From assembly GCA_951406725.2 (NCBI GenBank), contig OX597839.1:23250001-23314000 (forward strand): DNA of 64,000 nt. Direction: 5' to 3'. Position 1 is the stretch's first letter. The number at the start of each line of letters is the position of its first letter. The translations under genes were made by a program, and so were the position numbers. The stretch comes from Octopus vulgaris (taxonomy: Eukaryota). This document shows positions 51,783 to 62,029 of the stretch, in pieces. The notes under the pieces were generated by a model. The model made no database searches. It had not been told where the DNA came from and worked only from the letters and a program-made list of their open reading frames with translations.

Positions 51783-51833
51783 TTTGTCAGTGAACAGGTT
51801 GCAGTCTTAAAGCGACGAAAATATTTTGACAAA
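51783..51833 (+). ncRNA. Minimal type I hammerhead with G3-C8 swapped core
   Basis: TTTGTCA GTGAACA G GTTGC-AGTCTTAAA-GCGAC GAAA ATATT T TGACAAA. Confidence 0.65.
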
Positions 51834-51977
51834 TTAAACTTAAATGCTTAAGTGAATCGAACGGCTTTTTGTGTGTTTCTTAAACACCTTCCACGCTGCA
51901 ATTGTTTTCGCTTCAGCACACGATATATATATATATACATAAATTAATCAAAATAAAAACATGATGCCAAGGATTCA

Positions 51978-52055
51978 GCGGTACATATGTTTCGGGCCTT
52001 TATTAGACGGATTTATAACAATGCATAATGTGTGTCTATGGCCTTCTTCAGCCGC
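51978..52055 (-). ncRNA. Type I hammerhead ribozyme (left arm)
   Basis: Reverse complement of 52311-52388. Confidence 0.85.
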
Positions 52056-52310
52056 GCACAACTACTACCTCAAGGACATGTGTTACATTAAAAATTCTAC
52101 GTTGGGGATGCAAATCCTCTCATTCGCGTACGACATAATGCGGCAACAGCACAAAAATGAAGCGTCCATCTCGTTCCTCTCACAATCATTGACGAGATGG
52201 ACGCTTCATTTTTGTGCTGTTGCCGCATTATGTCGTACGTGAATGAGAGGATTTGCATCCCCAACGTAGAATTTTTGATGTAACACATGTCGTTGAGGTA
52301 GTAATTGTGC

Positions 52311-52388
52311 GCGGCTGAAGAAGGCCATAGACACACATTATGCATTGTTATAAATCCGTCTAATAAAGGCCCGAAACATATGTACCGC
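52311..52388 (+). ncRNA. Type I hammerhead ribozyme (right arm)
   Basis: GCGG CTGAAGA A GGCC-ATAGAC...GTCTAATAAA-GGCC C GAAA CATATG TA CCGC. Palindromic stem III ACATATGT, GUA site, predicted cleavage after 52384. Confidence 0.85.
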
Positions 52389-53237
52389 TGAATCCTTGGC
52401 ATCATGTTTTTATTTTGATTAATTTACTCCACCACCAAACGGTATATACAGGTGCTTACAATTATCAAGTACTCACCCCAAATTTCTATATATATACATA
52501 TATAGGACGGGCTGCTTTCAGTTTCCATTCCCAAATCTACTCACAAGGCTTTGGTTGGCTCAAGGCTATAGTAGAAGACACTTGCCCAAGGTGCCATGTG
52601 GTGAGACTGAACCTAGAACCACGTGGTCGGGAAACAAGCTTCTTACCACACAGCCACTCCTGCACCTATATATATATATATAGTCCATACACAACTAGAC
52701 TCAACACTATCTAAGCATGTTTTTATCTTTCATCTTTCATACTCATATTTTGAATATCCGAACATGTCATGTAACACTCACTCCCATCTTGTCTTCTGTC
52801 ACAATATGATATCCTACCCTTCTGATATATTCTCCTTTTGCACTAAGGAGAACAGTAATATGTAATTAATTTAATTATAATTAAATTCATTTCTAATTTT
52901 TTCCACGTTTTTTTACATGTTAATATTACCGTTTGAAATGATCGCATGCATGGATTCAAATTTTCAAAAACTTTTAACACCTTCTCCATCTTTGATTGTT
53001 TGTTATATGTCTTCTATAAATGCTCATAACACACCTCATATACATACATAGATAGAACATGCTTTCTATGTTATGTCCCAAGAAGATTTTATATATTTTT
53101 ATATATTTTTTATGTATTTTTATATAATTTTTATGACGAAAAATGCGAGCGATGTATAAGTACGCAGGCAAGCAGAGTTACAACACAGTAATTTCCCTTT
53201 ATTTAACGGTATTTCTTCATAGCGTTTTCAAATAGCC

Positions 53238-53300
53238 AGATAACCGAAGAGATGGTGTTGTGGATTTCCACTTCAGCATCTGAAACTCAGAGTTTTATCT
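53238..53300 (+). ncRNA. Hammerhead motif, U4 to C variant
   Basis: AGATAA CCGAAGA GATGGTG...CAGCATC T GAAA CTCAGAG TT TTATCT. Confidence 0.65.
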
Positions 53301-53530
53301 TGACTATCGAGTAATGTAACATATTATTGTATAGATAAATTTCCTCTATTTACATAATATTGAGGTCTCTTTCTTTCTTTTGTTATCTTACCGTTTTATC
53401 AATACATACATACATAGATTTTTTCCCTCTATGTAACGGTCATCCTAATAGCTCTTTTGTTTGTCTTAATAAAGGTTATTTACATAGTAATTTCCCTTTG
53501 TTTAACGGTCATTTTCATAGCACTTATTGA

Positions 53531-53605
53531 TTGTCTTGATAACTGACGAGATGCCGGAGCAGTTTTCCCCACCGACATCTGAAACTCTGAGTTTTATTAT
53601 GGCAA
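53531..53605 (+). ncRNA. Type I hammerhead ribozyme
   Basis: TTGTC-T-TGATAA CTGACGA GATGCCGG...CCGACATC T GAAA CTCTGAG TT TTATTA-T-GGCAA. GUU site, predicted cleavage after 53593. Confidence 0.75.
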
Positions 53606-53726
53606 CTGAATAATTGTCACATATTATATTTACAGATAAATTCCTCTATTTACATAATATCGAGGTCTCACTCATTCTTTTGTTGTCTTACCATTACCAT
53701 TAAGATAAATATATATATATATATAT

Positions 53727-54123
53727 ACTCTTTTACTCTTTTACTTGTTTCAGTCATTTGACTGCAGCCATGCTGGAGCACCGCTTTAGTCGAGCAAATC
53801 GACCCCAGGACTTATTCTTTGTAAGCCCAGTACTTATTCTATCGGTCTCTTTTTTGCCGAACCGCTAAGTAACGGGGACATAAACTCACCAGCATCGGTT
53901 GTCAAGCAATGCTAGGGGGACAAACACACACATATATATATATACATATATACATATATATACGACAGGCTTCTTTCAGTTTCCGTCTACCAAATCCACT
54001 CACAAGGCATTGGTCAGCCCGGGGCTATAGCAGAAGACACTTGCCCAAGATGCCACGCAGTGGGACTGAACCCGGAACCATGTGGCTGGTTAGCAAGCTA
54101 CTTACCACACAGCCACTCCTGTG

Positions 54124-54127
<4 letters not shown>
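53727..54127 (-). mobile_element. Full-length SINE family A
   Basis: Matches the family consensus. Confidence 0.9.
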
Positions 54128-54156
<29 letters not shown>

Positions 54157-54175
54157 TAAGATAGCTTAACTGTCA

Positions 54176-54447
54176 ACCAGTGGTTTAGTGGTTAGGGTAT
54201 TCAGCTCATGATTGTAAGGTTGTGAGTTCGATTCCCAGTTGTGTGTTCTGTGCTTGCACAAGATTCTTTATTTCTTGTTTCCCTCATCCACTCAGCCAGC
54301 AAAAATGAGTTGTGCCTGTATTTCAAAGGGTCAGCCTCATCATTTTCTGTGTCACACTGAATCTCCCTGAGAACTGCATTAAGGGTATACATGTCTGTGG
54401 AGTACTCAGCCACTTGCACATAAATTTCTCAAGCTGGCTGTTCCGTT
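54176..54447 (+). mobile_element. Older SINE related to family D
   Basis: A/B boxes TGGTTTAGTGGTT and GAGTTCGATTCCC. Shares the CTGAGAACT.C.TTAAGGGTA...CTCAGCCACTT body. Confidence 0.65.
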
Positions 54448-54601
54448 CTGCTCTGGTGATCTTCTCAGGGTGGAAAACTGCTCTGGCATCTCATCAGTTA
54501 TCAAGGCAATCAAAAAGTGCTCTGAAAATGACTGTTAAACAAAGGCTGTCACTTTGTGTGTGTGCATGTGTGTGTGTATGTGTGTGTGCATGCGTGTGCA
54601 T

Positions 54602-54633
<32 letters not shown>

Positions 54634-54719
54634 ATACATATATGTTTATATAAGTTTTGTGATATGAACAGCAAAATAGAACTAAAAAAGTATATAACTT
54701 ATAATCTTTATCTTTTCTT

Positions 54720-55125
54720 TTATCTTTTACTTGTTTCAGTCATTTGACTGTGGCCATGCTGGAGCACCGCCTTTAATCGAGCAACTCGACCCCGGTACTT
54801 ATTCTTTTTGTAAGCCCAGTACTTATTCTATCAGTCTCTTTTGCCGAACCGCTAAGTAACGGGGATATAAACACACCAGCATCGGTTGTCAAGCAATGCT
54901 AGTGGGGACAAACACAGACACACAAACACACACACGCATATATGTATATATACATATACACGACGGGCTTCTTTCAGTTTCCGTCTACCAAATCCACTCA
55001 CAAGGCTTTGGTCGGCCCGAGGCTATAGTAGAAGACACTTGCCCATGGTGCCACGCAGTGGGACTGAACCCAGAACCATGTGGTTGGTAAACAAGCTACT
55101 TACCACACAGCCACTCCTGCACCTA
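54720..55125 (-). mobile_element. Full-length SINE family A (followed by a degenerate SINE B variant at 55135-55315)
   Basis: Matches the family consensus. Confidence 0.9.
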
Positions 55126-55336
55126 ATAATAATAATCCTTTCTATTATAGGCACAAGGCATGAAATTTGTGGGGAGGGGGCTAGTCATTTTAATCAAACC
55201 TAGTGTTTCATTGGTAAGGCAAAGTTGACCTCAGCAGAATTTGAACTCAGAACAGAGCAATAGGTAAAATACCACCAAGTATTTTGTCCAGCGTGCTAAC
55301 AGTTCTGCCAGCTAATAATAGTAATACAGTTAAAAT

Positions 55337-55723
55337 GGAGGCGCAATGGCCCAGTGGTTAGGGCAGCGGACTCGCGGTCATAGGATCGTGGTTTTGATTC
55401 CCAGACCGGGCATTGTGAGTGTTTATTGAGCGCAAACACCTAAAAGTTCCACGAGGCTCCGGCAGGGGATGGTGGTGATCCCTGCTGTACTCTTTCACCA
55501 CAACTTTCTCTCATTCTTACTTCCTGTTTCTGTTGTACCTGTATTTCAAAGGGCCGGCCTTGTCACTCTCTGTGTCACGCTGAATATCCCCGAGAACTAC
55601 GTTAAGGGTACACGTGTCTGTGGAGTGCTCAGCCACTTACACATTAATTTCACGAGCAGGCTGTTCCGTTGATTCAGATCAACCGGAAGCCTCGTCGTCG
55701 TAACCGACGGAGTGCTTCCTCTC
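55337..55723 (+). mobile_element. Full-length SINE family D with TSD
   Basis: TSD ACAGTTAAAAT(G) at 55326 and 55724. Confidence 0.9.
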
Positions 55724-55960
55724 ACAGTTAAAATGTATCCTAGTAGTTATAGTAGTTAAAATGTATCCCTACAGATCTGAACAGATGGATAGAGGAAATA
55801 GGTATAAAACCCAGTTTAGTACAGCTCAAGAAAACAGTGTTATTGGGGGACATCTAGGATATATCGGAGAGTTCTTGGCATCTGAGGTTACTTGTTGCAG
55901 CCCTATGTTAGGATCTTTTCTTTTCCAACAGTCTAATCTGTTGTGTGTATATGAATAATA

Positions 55961-55992
<32 letters not shown>

Positions 55993-56444
55993 AATGGTGA
56001 TGATGATGCTGATGATGATGATAATATATTTATTTTTTATAATATTTTTTTATCATTAATAACAAAGATATGGTTCTTTCAGTTATTCAAGAAGGAAACC
56101 AGATTTTGCTTAAAAACTTAATTACAGACAATGTCATTGAGTCCAGACTATGATAATCTTGCCTATTTCCTGAAGTATTTAGCCAGCATTTCAAAATATC
56201 GATAAGCCAGTCCCTCATAGCATCAAGGCTGAATAATCTGGCTGAAAATCAATTCAACAAAGACAGCAAAACTCAAAATGAAGAATCACAAAATCACATT
56301 CGTTGATATCGGTTGTTTCAGAAAATTAACTTTGCTATTTCATTGTGATTAGATGCATATCTGCGACTAGAAATCAAAATCTAACCACTGAATAAATCAT
56401 TATAACTTTTCTCTTCTTCATAGCAAAGAAATATGTAAAAAGAC

Positions 56445-56868
56445 TGGTCTGTCCACCTTGCGGTGCCAGTGGACAAAATGGAAAAGATGTTGCCACAAGG
56501 AATGGTGAGGGAGATACCTTGCAACAGCCACTTGGACTCATGGAGCTCATACTTGCAGATAACCATCTCTGCCCTGGGGCCAATAATTCCAGAGGTTTCC
56601 ACAGCCACAGGTTCAATGATAAATCTATCAAAGAGCGATCGATACTTTGACCGTTTGTCCTTCTCAACTTGACAAACAGCAGAGCCTGGGCTGGGTGCTG
56701 AACACACCAGGTTGCCACTGGAGAGGGTGTCTCAACATGAGGAATCCAAATTAGGGGCCTGCTACCATGGAATGAGAAGCCTTTTACCATCCCCTTGATC
56801 AAACCTCACTGGCTCAAGCTGGGAAGGGAAACATGCAGTGCCTAGGCCATACATTATGAAATAATCCA
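56445..56868 (-). pseudogene. Restriction-like endonuclease domain remnant of a CRE-type non-LTR retrotransposon
   Basis: FPSQLEPVRFDQGDGKR..IPW..PLIW/DSSC*DTLSSGNL..PGSAVCQVEKDKRSKYRSL..IEPVAVETSGIIG..LLQGISLTIPCGNIFSIL corresponds to the LEPxGL..DGKRPDG..WD.T..K..KY..P.AVET.G..QRIS.AIQRGN pattern. Confidence 0.75.
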
Positions 56869-56949
56869 AGGCAGAATCGTTAGCATACCAGGTGAAATGC
56901 TCAGCAGTGTTCCATGTCTTTATGTTCTGAGTTCAAATTCCACTGAATT

Positions 56950-57218
56950 CAGATTGGAGCCTGGTGCAGCCTTCTGGCTTGCCAGTCCTCAGTCAAACCA
57001 TCCAACCCATGCCAGTATGGAGAGCGAATGTTAAATGATGATGATGATGATGATATATATCAGGAGTGACTGTGCAGTAAGAAGCTTGCTTCCCAACCAC
57101 ATGGTTCTGGGTTCTGTCCCATAGCATGGCACCTCGGGCAAGTGTCTTCTACTATATCCTCAGGTTGACCAAAGCCTTGTGAGAGGATCTGGTACACAGA
57201 AACTGAAAGAAGCCCATC

Positions 57219-57260
<42 letters not shown>

Positions 57261-57421
57261 ATTTGTGTGTCTGTTTATCTCCCCACCATCACTTATGTTC
57301 CCGTAACTTAGCGGTTCAGCAATAGGGTCTGATAAAGAATAAATAGGCTCACAAAGAATAAATCCTGGGGTCAGTTTCTTTGACTAAAGGCGATGCCCCA
57401 GCAAGTAAAAAAATAAAAGAG
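56950..57421 (+). mobile_element. RTE 3' tail (56950-57053) followed by SINE A (57061-57421)
   Basis: Family motifs. Confidence 0.8.
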
Positions 57422-57728
57422 TGTATATGTGTATATATATATATGTGTGTGTATAGGATATATACTTATAAATATATGTATATTTAAATGGATGAATGTG
57501 AGTTCATCCTTTAATTGAAATAATTTCCAAAGATTTCTAATTTCTTTACTTCATACTTTACTTTTGAATTTACTTCTATAAATTCGTACAGGTATGAAAA
57601 CTTGTATAGAAATAATCAGTGTATGATTTAACTTATTAAACGAAGTTCAATAAAATATTTATATTCATATTTGTATAAATGGAGAGGATTAGATGTTAAA
57701 ATGGATTATAGTTTTTAATTTTCATGTT

Positions 57729-57811
57729 GCTGTACAATTTGTTTCATACAAAAAGACTCAGATATTGATAATAGAAAAATCGTAATAGTCAAATTTGTAC
57801 TCATCGGTAGC
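57729..57811 (-). ncRNA. Hammerhead motif, U4 to C variant, in an AT-rich pLTR-like insert (about 57485-58030)
   Basis: Minus strand reads GCTA CCGATGA GTACAAA..GACT...AGTC..TTTGTAT GAAA CAAATTG TA CAGC. Confidence 0.6.
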
Positions 57812-58036
57812 TGGGATAAAAGCTAAAAAAGACGTTAGAAGTACATAGATTTTTCTCTTCATTATCATATTGTGATAATGTGTTCATTCTTTGAGCCATG
57901 CCTATTTTAAACAAGACTCATTCAATTAGAAGTTGTGTTAACCTCATGGAGGGATGGTTTCATCCAAGGAAATACTGGTTCAATACCTAGTATTTTTGGG
58001 GGAATTAATTTCCTTAAAATAATAGGTGTATATATA

Positions 58037-58602
58037 TTGGGTCATCCAGAAAATTTGTGCTGATTTTTAAAGGAAAGAAAAATGTCAATAAATACTTGCC
58101 ATTACATTTTTAATCAACCAAATATGAACCATTTTGTTGCACAATGCGTCTCCATCTTTCCTTTAACTTGAAAATACCCTCTTCCTAGAAATGAGGTGGT
58201 TTCATGGCAAAGAATTCATCAAGGTATCTTATTACGTCATCTAAGGAATTGAAATTTTTACTATTAAGACTATTCTGCAGAGACCTGAAAAAGTGGAAAT
58301 CCGAAGGAGCAATATCTGGTGAATATGGAGGGTGGGGTAACACATCCCAGCCGAGCTGCAGCAATTTTTGTCTGGTTCCCAGAGCATCAAGTGCCAAAAA
58401 TGAACTTTCTCATCTTCCATTTTAAAGGGTTACAGAATTAACACAGGTTATAGGAACATAAACTTTCTTCCACGAAAAGATAGCTTAAACTGTGCTCTAA
58501 GTGAAGGTGTAGTCAAATCCTATTTCATGGACCCAACCATGTTCTAAAATAAGTCAAAAGGTAAGCTACTATAAATCGGCATGAACTTTCCTGACAACCC
58601 AA
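58037..58602 (-). mobile_element. Internally deleted mariner (DD34D, mellifera-like) with TA TSD
   Basis: TIRs TTGGGTCATCCAGAAAATTTGTGCTGATTT / AAATCGGCATGAACTTTCCTGACAACCCAA. N-terminus MEDEKVHFWHLMLW (ATG at 58420) is fused to TRQKLLQLGWDVLPHPPYSPDIAPSDFHFFRSLQN. Confidence 0.9.
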
Positions 58603-58619
58603 TAAAAGTATATAGTATA

Positions 58620-59035
58620 TAGGCGCAGGAGTGGCTGTGTGGTAAGTAGCTTGCTAACCAACCACATGGTTCCGGGTTCAGTCCCACTGCGTGGCAACTT
58701 GGGCAAGTGTCTTCTGCTATAGCCCCGGGCCGACCAATGCCTTGTGAGTGGATTTGGTAGACGGAAACTGAAAGAAGCCTGTCGTATATATGTGTATATA
58801 TATGTGTGTGTATATGTTTGTGTGTCTGTGTTTGTCCCCCTAGCATTGCTTGACAACCGATGTTGGTGTGTTTACGTCCCCGTCACTTAGCGGTTCGGCA
58901 AAAGAGACCGATAGAATAAGTACTGGCCTTATAAAAGAATAAGTCCCGGGGTCGATTTGCTCGACTAAAGGCGGTGCTCCAGCATGGCCGCAGTCAAATG
59001 ACTGAAACAAGTAAAAGAGTAAAAGAGTAAAGAGT
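58620..59035 (+). mobile_element. Full-length SINE family A
   Basis: Matches the family consensus. Confidence 0.9.
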
Positions 59036-59991
59036 TTATTTTCATTTAAAAGAAGAAGAAAATGGAGAATTTGGGAATTTAATATTTGTTTGTTATTAAC
59101 AGCAAATAAATCATCTTCACTTACAGCTGTAATAATAAACAATTATTTTCATCCCAATCTCCATGTGTGTGTGTGTGTCCACATGTATAAAGATGCTTGT
59201 CTAAAACGCTTCAAGGTAGAACTGAACCGAGAACCACTTGGTTGGAAAGATAAACTCTTCTACCCCTTATGATCATACGTGACTAAGATTTATAAATGAT
59301 TTTATGGCCAATCATTCAGCTGACCACCCCTAATTAAGAGACAAGCCAAATGAAGTGTAGCTAATCAAGCGCAGCCCTTGAGAAAGACAAAGTTTGTTTC
59401 CCTTCAGTAAAAATGTCAGATTAAGACCCAGTCACGGAAGATCATGGAGATTTAATGGCAGCATCTGCTACTTCTGTGATAAGTTGTAATGTCGGAATAT
59501 GTTGAGAAGAAATAAATGTAGTAAAAAGACAGACAATATTTGAATAAACATGTCAGCAGTGCAACCGAACAGATGAATGATTCAATTATTGTGGTATATT
59601 CTCTAAAACTAAACTTATGAGGTTCTGGTGACAATGTAGAACATTAAGATATCGACTGATTTAATTCGTTTTATCTGAGAGATGAATTGATGCATAAAGC
59701 AGTGAAGAGGATTCGTAGTCAGAAGAGAAACTTTTTAAACGTCTGTAGTCTGTGACCTGCTTAAATGACCTCTATGCCCTCTGACCTCTGTAACGTGTGA
59801 TCTTTAGAAACTCTTTTTATCCAGACAGTATTTGCAAACTATATACTTTAACACTTTAGCATTTAAACCAGCCACATCAAGCTCGAATATTCTACCTGTT
59901 TTATCTTCAAACTGGCCAGGTCTGACCTCTCACATCTACCCTGCAATGTCATCCTAAAAATAAACAATCTCAAAGCTATGAGATAATGTTA

Positions 59992-60160
59992 AGGTACAGT
60001 TGTGGCTGTGTGGTAAGAAGCTTGCTTCCCAGCCAGATGGTTCCAGGTTCAGTCCCACTGTGTATCACCTTGGGCAAGTGTCTTCTACTATAGCCTCGGG
60101 CTGACCAAAGCCTTGTGAGTGGATCTGGTTGAAAGAAGCTGAATGAAGCCAGTTGTGTGT
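59992..60160 (+). mobile_element. SINE A head half
   Basis: A/B boxes and CCTTGGGCAAGT. Confidence 0.75.
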
Positions 60161-60165
60161 GGGTG

Positions 60166-60204
<39 letters not shown>

Positions 60205-60208
<4 letters not shown>

Positions 60209-61222
60209 GGTGCGAGGGGGGTATTTGAGGACATTTTTGCTTTTAGTTCATTACACCTTCAAATTATTTAATGTATCATTTTCCTTTTTCTCCAGATGAC
60301 CCTTTCAAGATATCATGCTAACTCAAGAAATGGAAAGAGATGCAGTCATAGTTACATGCAAACCACAGGGATTTAGAAATTAGGCAACTTTCTAAATGTT
60401 GCCAAATCATTTGTACGCAATAGTCAGTTGGAATTGGAAGCATGTGATGGTAATGTTTCACCCGTATCAAAGAGAAAAAAGAATTCACAACGCTCAGATG
60501 AAAACCCCAGAAGATCAATGAGGTCCATTGCTGAAGAACTTTGGGTGTCAGAATGGACTATCAGAACTGTGGTACATCGTGACATTTGCTACAAGTCCTA
60601 TGTAATGAAGAAAGGCCAATTTGTGTCTGCAAAGACACAGGAAAACCGTCGCATCCATTCAAAACAGTTACTCAACAAAGTGGAAAACCTCAACTTGACA
60701 AACAGCAGAGCCTGGGCTGGTTGCTGAACACACCAGGTTGCCACTGGAGAGGGTGTCTCAACATGAGGAATCCAAATTAGGGGCCTGCTACCATGGAAAG
60801 AGAAGCCTTTTACCATCCCCTCAATCAAACCTCACTGGCTCAAGCTGGGAAGGGAAACATGCAGTGCCTAGGCCATACATTATGAAATAATCCACTTCGA
60901 TGTGGCAAGCTGGCAGAATCGTTAGCATACCAGGTGAAATGCTCAGCAGTGTTCTATCTGTCTTTATGTTCTGAGTTCAAATTCCACTGAAAAATCTTTG
61001 ACCAAGATCAAAAGTCTAGCAGAAGAAATGACAGGTGGTTATGTGCAGATCCTTCTGAAGTATCCAGAGAGTGATGCACACAAAATTTCCAGCGACTGTG
61101 ATGATTTTAGGAGTGGTGGGTAGTGAAGGTCATGTGATGCCTCCCTGCTTTTTCCCACAGGGTCTTAGAATTAATGTTGCTGGATACATTGAGGTACTGG
61201 AAACTGTTATCAAGCCCTGGAT
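60205..61222 (+). pseudogene. Truncated maT/DD37D-type Tc1/mariner transposase with a 303-bp foreign insert
   Basis: NPRRSMRSIAEELWVSEWTIRTVVHRDICYKSY (HTH), then FDQDQKSSRRNDRWLC..VMHTKFPATVMILGVVGSEGHVMPPCFFPQGLRINVAGYIEVLETVIKPWI. Confidence 0.8.
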
Positions 61223-61636
61223 TTCACCCAGCCCGACGTCAACGCATATTGAGAGACAGTTTTGTGCCATTCATACCATGGGCTCCTAGAGAGCGTTTGT
61301 CGAAAAGCTTGCTGCGCATTTTGTTGAAGATTTAAGTTCCTGGATTTTCCTGAAGAGAAAGCTGCAAAATGGTCTCCTTATTCAATCCGAATTAGGGACT
61401 TTGCAGCCTTTAAAACATATGTAGAAAATAATAAAAAGGAATTTTGTAAAATCTTCGTTCAGCTCCATTTCTTCCCTCACTAAATATATAAAACTTCAAA
61501 TTTCCGCACTAAGGCATGGTTTTGAGACCCCATGGTTGTAACCTCAACCGTGATTTTTCTGTTGTGATTTTTGCTACCCAGGTATCGGTTATAATTTGAA
61601 TAATCCGTAACAAGATAATTCATTTATCCATTTCAA

Positions 61637-61701
<65 letters not shown>

Positions 61702-61704
<3 letters not shown>

Positions 61705-61860
61705 AAGGGGTGGTGAAATGTTCCAGGCTTTAAGGGTATCATGAAAGACTTGGCCGAAGGCCCAACCTTCCGAGTTCTTTTAAAGGGCTTAGAAAAACTG
61801 AAGGATCACTGCAATATGTGTGTGAATCTGAGAGGGGAATATTTTGAATAAAATCATAAT
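61702..61860 (+). mobile_element. Mariner-derived MITE, partial
   Basis: Homologous to 44449-44670. Retains the mariner C-terminus KGLEKLKDHCNMCVNLRGEYFE*. Confidence 0.7.
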
Positions 61861-62029
61861 TTCCTCCAATGCGCTAACAATCCTGCCAGCTCGTTGCCTT
61901 ATACACAGTTGTAATATTGAAGACAAAGCAAATAGTAATATTTTACAATTGTTTAACCCATCCATTTCAGGTTTGTGTAAGATATAACAGGAAACACATC
62001 GATTGTGCAAGGCCTTCTTCATCTTCTCC

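Larger units (their letters stand above)
51940..52490. mobile_element. Palindromic Penelope-like/retrozyme-like element: 235-bp inverted arms, 17-nt loop, about 65-bp 3' tail
   Basis: Arms at 51940-52174 and 52192-52426 with about 4 mismatches. Flanked by (TA)n. Confidence 0.85.
51535..52667 (-). mobile_element. SINE A split by two hammerhead-bearing insertions (tail 51535-51730, head 52505-52667)
   Basis: Collinear halves on either side of the expanded internal TA tract. Confidence 0.75.
53184..53708 (+). mobile_element. Tandem hammerhead-containing repeats (full unit, truncated unit, full unit)
   Basis: Units start at about 53184, 53411 and 53481 with AGTAATTTCCCTTT.TTTAACGGT. Shared 3' block TTCCTCTATTTACATAATAT.GAGGTCTC. 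Confidence 0.8.

Noticed and set aside
51961-52405. Mirror ORFs MMPRIQRYICFG... on both strands
   Set aside because: They are the antisense reading of the hammerhead arm, duplicated by the palindrome, with no recognisable domain.
55337-55410. tRNA gene-like sequence (also at 25700-25780 and 40429)
   Set aside because: It is a SINE head. It continues into a shared body with TSDs and lacks a proper acceptor stem.
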